64,000 nucleotides of DNA, taken from Chrysemys picta bellii. Taxonomy: Eukaryota. The translations under genes were made by a program, and so were the position numbers. Location: the NCBI RefSeq assembly GCF_011386835.1, contig NC_088805.1:23250001-23314000 (forward strand), in the 5' to 3' direction. Below the pieces are notes generated by a model. That model was not told where the DNA came from, searched no databases, and saw only the letters and a program-made list of their open reading frames with translations. Shown here piece after piece: positions 13,199 to 23,520 of this stretch. Position 1 is the stretch's first letter, and each line of letters starts with the position of its first letter.

Positions 13199-13348
13199 GA
13201 AAACTTGGGACTCCTAATGCTTGGGAGTGCGTACAAGCTCCTTGCAGAGAGATACAGCCTCCCTGTTCCTTTTTACACACTCTTAATGTTGGCCACAACA
13301 TCAGCAGAACACTTTCCTGCTTGATCTGGACTCCTGTTTGATCAAACC
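13199..13348 (+). repeat. 150-bp dispersed direct repeat, copy 2
   Basis: Identical to 11816-11965. Confidence 0.95.
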
Positions 13349-13624
13349 CATTAGGGGCAAAATTCTGCATCTTTCTTCTGCCCTGCAGACCTCTTTGCTC
13401 TTTTTTTGCTTATTCTGAGCCAGAATATAGAAACATGGGTTATTTAACTGATTCATTTATTTCCCGTGGTGTAAATTGGCATCACTCCATTGACTTCAAC
13501 TGAGCTATGCTAATTTCCACCAGCTTAGGGCCTAGCCTTAAACTCTTATCTTTAGCTTTAGGCACCGGCATAATTGTAAATTCTGAGCACAGGCTAAATG
13601 CTGAATAAGGGTGGAAGGATCATT

Positions 13625-15125
13625 TTATGGCCAAAGAATGGGATATGGACTCAGGAGAACTGGGTACTGTTCATGGCTGTGACACACACTCTGTATGTGT
13701 CGTTGGGGGGAAAAAAACAATTAAACTGTCTGTACCTCTGTCTCCTCAGATGTAGAAAGGAGATGTCCTTAATCTCACAGGGGTGTCAGCATGGATTCAC
13801 CAAGGGCAAGTCATGCCTGACTAACCTAAGTGCCTTCTATGACGAGATAACTGGCTCTGTGGATGAGGGGAAAGCAGTAGACATGTTATTCCTTGACTTT
13901 AGCAAAGCTTTTGATACGGTCTCCCACAGTATTCTTGCTGGCAAGTTAAAGAAGTATGGGCTGGGTGAATGGACTATAAGGTGGATAGAAAGCTGGCTAT
14001 ATCATTGGGCTCAACGGGTAGTGATCGATGGCTCCATGTCTAGTTGGCAGCCGGTATCAAGCGGAGTGCCCCAAGGGTTGGTCCTGGGGCCGGTTTTGTT
14101 CAATAACTTCATTAATGATCTGGAGGTTGGCGTGGACTGCACCCTCAGTAAATTTGCAGATGACACTAAACTGGGAGGAGTGGTAGATACGCTGGAGGGT
14201 AGGGATAGGAAACCGAGGGACCTAGACAAATTAGAGGACTGGGCCAAAAGAAATCTGATGAGGTTCAACAAGGACAAGTGCAGAGTCCTGCACTTAGGAC
14301 GGAAGAATCCCATGCACTGCTACAGACTAGGGACCAAATGGCTAGGCAGCAGTTCTGCAGAAAAGGACCTGGGGTTACAGTGGACGAGAAGCTGGATATG
14401 AGTCAAGAGTGTGCCCTTGTTGCCAAGAAGGCTAACAGCATTTTGGGCTGTATAAGTAGGGGCATTGCCAGCAGATCGAGGGACGTGATCATTCCCCTCT
14501 ATTCAACATTGGTGAGGCCTCATCTGGAGTACTTTGTCCAGTTTTGGGCCCCACACTACAAGAAGGATGTGGAAAAATTGGAAAGAGTCCAGTGGAGGGC
14601 AACAAAAATGATTAGGGGGCTAGAGCACATGACTTATGAGGAGAGGCTGAGGGAACTGGGATTGTTTAGTCTCCAGAAGAGAAGAATGAGGGGGGATTTG
14701 ATAGCAGCTTTCAACTACCTGAAGTGGGGTTCCAAAGAGGATGGATCTAGACTGTTCTCAGTGGTACCAGATGCCAGAACAAGGCGTAATGGTCTCAAGT
14801 TGCAGTGGGGAAGGTTTAGGTTGAATATTATGTGCAGGAAAAACTTTTTCACTAGGAGGGTGGTGAAACACTGGAATGGGTTACCTAGGGAGATGGTGGA
14901 ATCTCCTTCCTTAGAGGCTTTTAAGGTCAGGCTTGACAAAGCCCTGGCTGGGATGATTTAGTTGGGGATTGGTCCTGCTTTGAGCCGGGGGTTGGACTAG
15001 ATGACCTCCTGAGGTCCCTTCCACGCCTGATTTTCTATGATTCTATGTTGTGAGGCTTATCTCATTAATGCTCATAAAGCACTTTGAGATCTTTGGGTGG
15101 AAGTTGCTATAGAAAGGCAAAGCAT
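13625..15125 (+). mobile_element. MIR-type SINE split by the CR1 insertion (13625-13786 and 15048-15125)
   Basis: Joining the flanks restores cacaggggtgt|tgtgaggc...aaagcactttgaga. Confidence 0.6.
13787..15047 (+). mobile_element. 5'-truncated CR1 LINE: RT domain, C-terminal region and 3' UTR, one frameshift near 14370
   Basis: QHGFTKGKSCLTNL, LDFSKAFDTV, SGVPQGLVLGP, KFADDTKL in ORF 13598-14401. The reading continues in ORF 14278-14961 (LVRPHLEY...[10 protein letters not shown]). Ends with the CR1 tail ttctatgattctatg. Confidence 0.97.
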
Positions 15126-15979
15126 TCAGTTCAATGCAGTGCTGACTAGAGAGGAGAGTTTTGTCCAATATACAGATGAACCTACAAAACCCCATTTGAG
15201 TTTTGTTCCCCTTTCTGTGCATCCCACCCCCAAAGCTACAGTGTTTGAAGTTTCATGAAGAGATCACGGGTGTGTGAAGAGAACTTCATGGAAAACCTGT
15301 GAGATCTGCATTTAAAGAGAAGAGAAGGGAAACCTCAGTCATTATTCTGTGGGACTACCGATGGGGCAAATACAAAGAAGCCTGTGTGGTGGTTTCGCAA
15401 CAGTTTGCCAAACTGCCCAAAAGAGCATACATTTATGATCTTCTCAAGCCATTTTCTTAAAAATTTGAGAGTACTTAACACTTTTGAATGTGAGGGACCT
15501 GGAGATGTTCTAAATCCCAACTCCATCATGCACCTCTACCTTAGTCTGCTACATTCCTACTGCTCCAGCTTGGGGTCCCTTTTGGACTGATCACTAAACA
15601 TGCCATCTCTAATGGTGGTTGATGGTAGGATTAGATCTCCACATGCATCTCCACTTGTGTCCTAAGGCTCGATTTGAATTTATTCCCAAGAGTAAAGTAA
15701 GTCACTGTGTCATGTAGCTCCTCAAGCTTTGCTAAATCTTGAATGTTTCCTTTTGGGGAACACTTTTTTTAAAAATTGACCTGTATCGCTTAGCTTCATC
15801 TTTCCAACAGATCGAATGTGCAGATAACGGACAACCTATTGTAAGCTTCTCCATTCTGTTCCTTACATTGGTTAATGGATCCTAAATTAATGGAGCTTCA
15901 TACAACCAGTGGTGAACAATCACAGAAGAAATGTGATGTCCTGAAAACACATAGATTTCAATGGGAGGCTACAAAAAGG

Positions 15980-17025
15980 AAACATATGAATGTAGGAATG
16001 GCCATACTAAGTCAGACCAATGGTTCAGATAGCTCAATATCCTGTCTTCCAACAGTGGCCAATGCCAGGTGCTTCAGAGAAAACGAACCAAACAGGGCCA
16101 ATTGTCAAATGATCCAATCACTATCATCCAGATCCACCATCTGCAGTCAGAGGCTGAGGGGCACCCAGAGCACAGGGTTACATCCCTGTCTATCTTGGCT
16201 AATAGCAATTGATTGACCATGAACATGTCTAATTATTTTTTGAATCCAGTTATAGTTTTTGCTTCACAACATCCCCTGGCAATGAGTTCCACAGGTTGAC
16301 TGTGTTGTGTGAAGTATTTCCTCTTGTTTGTTTTAAACCTGCTGCCTATTAATTCATCGGGTGACCCCTGGTACTTGTGTTATGGGAAGGGGTAAATAAC
16401 ACTTTCTTATTCACTTTCTCCACACCATTCATAATTTTATAGACCTCTATCATATCCCTCGTTAGTTGTCTCTTTTCCAGGATAAACAGTCCCAGTCTTT
16501 TTAATCTCTCCTCATTTTTGTTATCCATCTCTGTACCTTTTTCATTTCTAATATGTCTTTTTTGAGATGGTACAACTAGAACTACATGCGGTATTCAAGG
16601 TGTGGGCATACCATGGATTTATATAGTGACATTTTGATATTTACTGTCTTATTATCTATCCCTTTCCTAATGGTTCCTAACATTCTGTTAGTTTCTTTGA
16701 CTGCCACCTCACACTGAGTAGATGTTTTCAGAGAACTATCTACAATGACTCCAAGATCTCTTTCTTGAGTGGTCACAGCTAATTTAGACCCTGTCATTTT
16801 GTATGTATAGTAGGGATTATGTTTTCCAATATGCATTACTTTGCATTTGTCAACATTGAATTTCATCTGCCATTTTGTTGCCCAGTCACACAGTTTTGTG
16901 AGAACCCTTTGCAACTCTTCATAGTCAGCTTTGGACTTAATTATCTTGAGTAGTTTTGTATCATCTGGAAATTTTGCCACCTCTCTGTTTACCCCTTTTT
17001 CCAGATCATTTATGAATATGTTGAA
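15980..17025 (-). mobile_element. 5'-truncated CR1 LINE (PsCR1-like 3' UTR) with an internal deletion
   Basis: ORF 16582-17103 contains FNIFINDLEKGVNREVAKFPDDTKL and LYKSMVCPHLEY; the 3' UTR starts near 15980 (gaatggccatactaagtcagacc). Confidence 0.9.
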
Positions 17026-17909
17026 AGCTTCAGTCATATCAGATCTGCCTGAGTCAAAACATAAAAAATCCTCAATCCCAAGCCAATTTTGGAAGCCAGA
17101 CATTACATTTGTTTTGTTGTTTTTCTTAGTTATTTGTATGCATGCCTTTGCTAGGGGAATCTAATGGAATACAGTTACTCAAGTTACAAAAGGGCTTTCC
17201 TCTCCGTTTACTCTCAATGTCTTTTTAATGCTGTGCACTGTAACTCTGGTGGTTCCCAAGCACAGCTCTTGAAATTTTAAACAGTGAGGAAAGGAAATTG
17301 GTCTCCTCATCTGCTGTCCTGTATGCCTCATTGAGAGCGCGCTCTGCAAATAGGAACTGAATTCTCCAAACAGTGGTGGAACTGCAGCAGGTCAGTTCCA
17401 TTCCTTATGTGCTGCTTTGCTCGTTGCTGACCATGGCAGATAGAACAGTCAGCTGTGTGAATAAAGCTTTCCATCCCTCATTTAGGAAAAAGATATTGTT
17501 CTCTTGATGAGCTGTTATCAATTACTTGATCATTTACACCTTGTATGGCAGAGTAGAGACATAAAGTAGCAGTAACTGGGGGGCTGATCTTCTAAGCCAC
17601 TTTGTGCAACAGTCACCCTGAAGTCTTTAGTGTTAGTGTATCAGATAATTTATAGCAGTATTCACTTAAAAGTCCAGCTCATAACAAATGCTCATTTCTC
17701 TGAGGTGCTGAGGACCCGTAACTCCCATTAACTCCACTGGGAGTGGAAAGGGATCTGCATCTTGCATGATTTGGGAATCCATCCCATGTTTGCCGAAAGG
17801 TTTGCAAGTTTTCTGAGCAAACTCCAGCCAACATACAGTTTTACATGGAAACTGAATGGAATGTGCAGTTTCACATGATTTTATTCAAAACCTTTGGCAA
17901 AGTCAGCGA

Positions 17910-18280
17910 CCATGAGCATATCAGACTTGTCCTCCACTCTCTACACTGGATTACCATAGAATATTGAGTCAAGTTCAAGGTCTCAGTCCTTATCTTCAAG
18001 ATATTCAATGGTCTGGACCCATGGTATGTAGAGATCACCTAATGCTCTGGGATGAAGAAGACTGTGGTTGATCGCTTCACTCGTCCAGCACAATGGAACT
18101 TTCTACCATGTGGGCAAAGCTCGTCTGTGCAGGAGACAGAGCTTTCCTGGGATCCAGTCCCAGAACATGGAATGAACTCCTCCAGGAACAAATGACAATC
18201 ACAAACCTCACCTACTTCCACTCCAAGTGGAAGGCATAAGTTCTTCAACCTGCCTTCTCAAACATAAACACAGACCAGCA
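17910..18280 (+). mobile_element. 3' fragment of an L2-type LINE
   Basis: Degenerate LHWIT.EY.VKFKVSVLIFK...GDRAF...GPRTWNEL, typical of the L2 ORF2 C-terminus. Confidence 0.7.
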
Positions 18281-18589
18281 TGTGCATTCAAAAACAAACC
18301 CTACCAAAACAGACTGTGCACACACAATGCTCCCCCGGGGAAGTGGATGAGAGAGAATGAACAAAGATGAGAGATATCAGTCCTATGACTTAATGCACTA
18401 CTGGAAGGCACACAGATACTATAAGGATGAGGACAGAATAAGAACCTATATAGAACAGAAATAGAATAGTTACCCTCGGTGTACATCAGTTCCTCCATCT
18501 AGGGATAATACTACTTTACTGACAAGGTAATTAATGTTTATAACGTGCTTTGATGTCTTTGAACAAAATTTGCCTTCAGGTTTGAGAGT

Positions 18590-18742
18590 CTTTAGGGTAC
18601 ATTCACCACTTTCAAGCTTTTGTCTGCAAGCCTGAGGGCAAGAATCTTACTTTAAAAAAAAAAAAAGCTATGATTCTCACCTATCACATGTCTCCAAGAG
18701 CTGGGGCTTTATGAAAAACACCAATTATCATGAAACTGTATA
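18590..18742 (-). mobile_element. Partial copy of the AT-rich repeat family
   Basis: gagctggggctttatgaaaaacacc is antisense to the 12450 and 43695 copies. Confidence 0.45.
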
Positions 18743-19644
18743 TAACCTAGGGCTACCCAGAATGGCAGCAGAACAATTAGTGCCACCAACAGTACAAATC
18801 CCAGTTCAGTACAAATCTGACGTTTCCAAACTCCCGTTAACCGACAGCCAGTTGGGGCAGTTCTGATGGAAGAGTCACGCTTGTGATGCTCCTATGCCTC
18901 ACACGAGCTTCGTTCCTCTACCACTCTGGGTAACTGAGACTACCGGGGAACTTCAGTCAAATGGAGAACAACCAGTGCAGGGCTATATCTCACCATGGAA
19001 CTACTAAACTCGGCAGGTGGGGCCGGGAGCTCCTTTGCCGCTCTGTTCCTGTGGAGCTTAGGAACACTTCGGGAACATAGTTTGAGCCCTGCAGCATTTG
19101 GAAGCTCCGCTTCAACCACGTTGTGCTTATTATCCAGAGCCCTAATTTGACAGAAGCTTGCTGTGTAGCTTTATGAAGGCTTCCAACAGAAAAGGAAGTA
19201 AGAAAGAAGAGAGAAAAACAGAGAGGAGAAAGGGGAAAGGAAATATAGGCCTTGGGCATGATTCACCACCATTATTCCGGTGTTATGTTGGCATAACTCC
19301 ACTGATTTCCATCTGGCCCCTTCTTTGCCAAGAACATAGTGGGCATGCTCAGAGGCCTGCATTTGCTTGTGCAGCCTGGCACAGGTCTATGAGTGCAAAC
19401 ACATAGTTAGGCAACTGTGCTATTAAGAGAGGAAGGAAAGAAATACAGAGAAGAAGGAAAGACAGAGAGAGATGCTCTTTGCTGGGCATTGTGCTCTCTG
19501 CAAATGACTGCTGAAAACGGTGCAGAGGACAACAGTGCATTTAGAACTGGGATTGATTGAAGGGGCACCAAATCCCCTCTTTCATTACAGCAACAATGCA
19601 CCTAGAGTTGGCTGGGAGTGGCCCAGTGGATAGGACAATGGGCA

Positions 19645-19718
19645 GGGATGAAATCTTAACCCCACTGAAGCCAATGGCAAAACTCCTATTGACTTCAATG
19701 GGGCCAGCATTTCACCCC
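19645..19718. mobile_element. Short palindromic MITE (CCATTGAAGTCAATGG-type family, many degenerate copies in the window)
   Basis: Termini GGGATGAAAT / ATTTCACCCC and inner inverted cccactgaagccaat / attgacttcaatggg. Related cores near 387, 13488, 25357, 35890, 39930, 49123 and 59376. Confidence 0.6.
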
Positions 19719-19739
19719 AATTTCTATTCCCCGCTCTGC

Positions 19740-19885
19740 TGCTAATCTGCTGCGTGCCCTTGGACAAGTCCTTGCACCTCGCTCGAGTTTCGCTATGTGC
19801 AAAATGGGGGAATGATAATTGTGTCCCTTTATAAAGCACTTTAAGGTGCAAGATGCTACAGATGAGCTAAATATTGTTCTGACTA
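19740..19885 (+). mobile_element. MIR-type SINE remnant
   Basis: gtgcccttggacaagtccttgcacctc...gtgcaaaatgggggaatgataat...aaagcacttt. Confidence 0.55.
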
Positions 19886-21384
19886 TTATTGTTATTACTC
19901 AAAATGTCCCCAAACATTAGGCTAGAATTTCAATCACTTCATTACGACTCAACTTGATATGGGTTTTTCTCTCCTTCAGCATTTGCAGTAGCAATCGCCA
20001 ATGCAAAATTCAGGGGGATGAAGCTTCAGCTGGCATGGATAGCGATTCCTTTTGCTCCCACAGTGGGGTGTATAATTGACAGTAATGGCTGCAAAATCCA
20101 GAGCTCAGGGGCTAGGATTTCCCCTCCCCCACCAGCAATTGCTCTGGAAAATGCCCAGTTTGCTCAATAGCCCATCATTCCAGGCTGTTGTTAATAAATG
20201 GCAAAGATCCACTTTGAGAACAAAATCACTTCATTCCGTTTACAGCTCTGTTTCTTAACAAAAGAAAGAAGAATGAAAACAAATTGCCCTTCATTTAAAT
20301 ATTAATCTTATATGATAATTATGCCTGCATAAATATTTCAGTTGCAGAGAGTGGATTGTATTGTCGAACATTCCAGTCTGAGCTGTGACTGAATTCAGTG
20401 TCCTGTATTTATGTTTCCTAAAGAAGAGCTGAAATACTTTGAAAACTTTCTCCTGCTCTGTCTCCTCTACGCGTGTCACTGTATATTATGATGTGCTTCT
20501 CTGTGTGATGTATTCTAACTGAAAGAAGAAAACAACGTCAATTTGGCACGGGCTCCTTGCTGGGTTTGCTTCAGCCAGATCAGAATGATCTATATCTTTA
20601 TAAAGCTAGCACCGCTTACAGCATGGCTGGACTGGGTGCTTTGGATTGTGTAGGAATGTGGAGCCCAGCTGAGAATTTCTCCCTGTTGCAGTGTCTCAGG
20701 AGGGACTGGCGTCGCTGATGTGTACTAACCTTATCAAGTTACAAAATTTTAGGCTGCTGAACTTTCATTCTTTATATATACAACATACATCTCCATTCAC
20801 CTAGAAAAATGGAATCACTGAATGCTGCTTTCCTTTTTTCTTCCTCGCAAGTGAACAGTGGAAGTCTACTACCTTGCTCAGAATTAGAAGCTGGATCTAA
20901 CCAGCCCGCAAATCTGAATGGGTTCTGCCCTGTCTCTGATTAGAAGATTAGAAATGTTCCATCAGTTGCCCAGGCTGACTGAGGGCTAAGGTCTCCATGC
21001 TAAAGACCCTCAAGACAGCCATGTTGCAGGGGACATGTGGGAAATCAGGATGTTTGGTAGAAATGAGTGGAAACCCCTAACTAGAATGGAAATGGTCAGT
21101 CTTTGAGGAACTCATATTTGGGACCTCCACTTACAGTTTTTCCTTTACCCACCACATTGGGAATGTAGCTTTCTTGAGGATGAAGGGCAATGCCAACTTC
21201 AGTCTCAGCTGGAAGCATTTTAAACCATTCCATTCCACTAATACTAGAGGATGGGTTTTGGTTTTGCAAACTCAGTGACCAAGGTTTTGTCTCATGGATC
21301 CAGAATTGGGAGCAGTTTGGACCAAGGTTCTTCCCTCCTGCCTCTTACACGGCACTTTTCATCCACAGAGCTCAAAACCCTTTA

Positions 21385-21520
21385 CAAAGGAGTTAACCAT
21401 CATGATCTCCATTGATCATACGGGGAAACTAAGACACAGGAAGGTGAAGTGGCTTGCCCAAGGTCACTCCCCGCACCTACTGGTAGAGCCAGGAAATGAA
21501 CCCAGTTCTTCTGACTTCCC
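21385..21520 (-). mobile_element. MIR-type SINE remnant, interrupted by the LTR (resumes at 23521)
   Basis: ggggaaactaagacacaggaaggtgaagtggcttgcccaaggtcac. Confidence 0.6.
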
Positions 21521-21523
21521 ATC

Positions 21524-23520
21524 TGTAAGCATGTAGGCGTGCGTGGTTGTCTCTCTCGCTGTCAATCTCTGAGGGCGTCCATGCCTCTTTGCTGTCATGC
21601 ACCTGGAACGGCAATCTGTACAAGGCGGAAATTAGCTGTCTCTAGGTAGGGTGACCAGACGTCCCGATTTTATCGGGACAGTCCCGATATTTCCTTCTTT
21701 GTCCCGCGTCCCGACCGATGTTCGGTCGGGACGCGGGACAAAGAAGGAAATTTACCCTCTGCTCCGGCGCTCACGCCCCCCCAACCCCGACTCCGCCCCC
21801 TCCTTCCCCCATTGGATCTCTCAATGGAGGGAGGAGGTTAGGAGGAGGGTCGGGCAACTACCAGGAGCCTGGGAGGGGAAGGGAAAGTTGCCGCAGCCCC
21901 GCCGGGAAGGAGCCGCTGGAGCGCAGCCGAGTGGGAGAGGCGCGGGGCTCCCATGCCGGCGGCGGGACGCGCCGCATGTGCCCACGGCGGGCTGGGGAGC
22001 GGGAGGCTCTGCAGGGCTGGGAAAAGCCCTGGCTCCTGCCCGTTGCCCAGCCTGGAGCCCCGGGGAGCCCCTCAGGAGACCGGCCGCTGCTGTGGAGGCA
22101 GCAGCCGGGGCTGGCTCTGGCCCGGGTGGGCAGCGTGGGCCGCCGGAGACACGCGGCGAAGAGAGGCTGCGGGGGCGAGACTTGTCCCAGGCAGGGAGGC
22201 CGGCGGACAGGGGCGAGGGGCCAGCCGGGGTCCCCATAAACTTCCCCGCTGCTGACAGGGAGCCCCGCGCCTCTCTTGCTTGGCTGCGCTCCAGCGGCTC
22301 GCCCCGCCTGGAAGGAGCCGTTGGAGCGCAGCCGAGCGGGAGAGGCGTGGGGCTCCCTGCCGGCGGCGGGACGCGCTGCATGTGCCCACGGCAGGCTGGG
22401 GGGCAGGAGGCTCTGCAGGGCTGGGAAAAGCCCTGGCTCCTGCCCGTTGCCCAGCCTGGAGCCCCACAGGTGACCGGCCGCTGCTGTGGCTCGGCTGTGC
22501 CAGCCCTGGCCCCTTGCACGCCCGCGCCGTGGCCAGCCCCGGACTTTGTTTCTTGTCCCCCCCCCTGCCCTCTTTATCCCTAGCCCCTTCTGCATCGGGG
22601 CCAGCTTTTGCCCTGGGGTGGGCAGCACGTGCGCCCGGCGCGGCTGGGGCCTGCTAATGCCCCCCCCGCCCCTGCGAAACTGCTTTTTTTTTTTTTTTTT
22701 TTTGGCTCTGCCGCCATTTTTTTTTTGCTCCGCCCCCCCCCCCCCCCCCCTGCGTCCCGATATTTCATCCCTGTGGTCTGGTCACCCTATCTCTAGGGCT
22801 CAAACCTTCAAGCAGGGTAGAGCAGTGAACAGTTTAGGGGCCCAGGCCCTTAGGCAGGGTGGGGCCCCAAGCAGTACAGAGCTCCAGCCCTCAGGTAGGG
22901 TACAGCAGGTAAGAGTCTAGGAGCCAGGCCTTCAGGCAGGGGTGAGCACCAAACACAGTCTAGGGCTCGGGCCGGGGTGAACACCAAACTCAGTCAAGTG
23001 TCCTAGTTTGGCAGATGGTAGATCGACACGGGCCTCCTGTATCGGTCCAGCATTCAATCAGACTGTTGTCTAGTTTCCCTGGGCTACTTTCTACATCCCC
23101 AGGGTTTGGTACCTCTACACTGTAGTTGTCCTCTGTCTCCCCCGGGTAGGTGGCCAGTGGCAGCCCAAATAGCTTGTCAGTGTCTCGGTCGGCCGGCGGC
23201 TCTGGGAGCTCTGGCCAGTCCTCAGGTGGCAGCCCTGGCAGCTCCTTGGTGTCTCTGTGAGCTGGTGGCCTGGGAAGCACTCGCCCGACCTCGGTACAGC
23301 CAGGGTCCTCTTCGGGCTCCAGCAGCAAGCGGGACGCATCTGTCTTCTCTTGCAGCTCCAGGCCAATTGAGCTACAGGGCCCGCCTTTTACACTTCCCGT
23401 TCCTGTCCCGCCCCTCTGCTTCCAGCGTGGTGAGCGTGGCCTCCCTGGTTCCCCCCACCAACGTGTGTCTGGTTGGCCCTCGCTGTCAATCTCCAAGAGC
23501 GGCCACACCTCTTTGCTACA
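21524..23520 (-). mobile_element. Solo LTR (Gypsy-like, ~850 bp after removing the nested hAT)
   Basis: Minus strand begins TGTAGCAAAG and ends ...TACA. It interrupts a MIR; TSD is degenerate (catc/cagtc). Confidence 0.65.
21647..22789. mobile_element. Non-autonomous hAT element (1143 bp), CpG-rich
   Basis: Perfect TIRs TAGGGTGACCAGA / TCTGGTCACCCTA; perfect TSD TCTCTAGG (21639-21646, 22790-22797); internal ~185-bp direct repeat (21905-22097 vs 22310-22490). Confidence 0.93.

Noticed and set aside
11816-13348. The 150-bp repeats as LTRs of a TRIM
   Set aside because: No TG..CA ends, PBS, PPT or TSD, and the intervening sequence is far older than the identical repeats.
13598-13786. N-terminal part of the 267-aa RT ORF
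   Set aside because: Chance read-through from the flanking MIR; CR1 homology starts at 13787.
21651-22920. Long ORFs (310, 256 and 232 aa) as genes
   Set aside because: Overlapping open frames on both strands inside a GC-rich hAT MITE; low-complexity products, no domain.
22990-23508. 172-aa acidic Pro-rich ORF
   Set aside because: Lies wholly within an LTR; no gag or pol motifs recognised.
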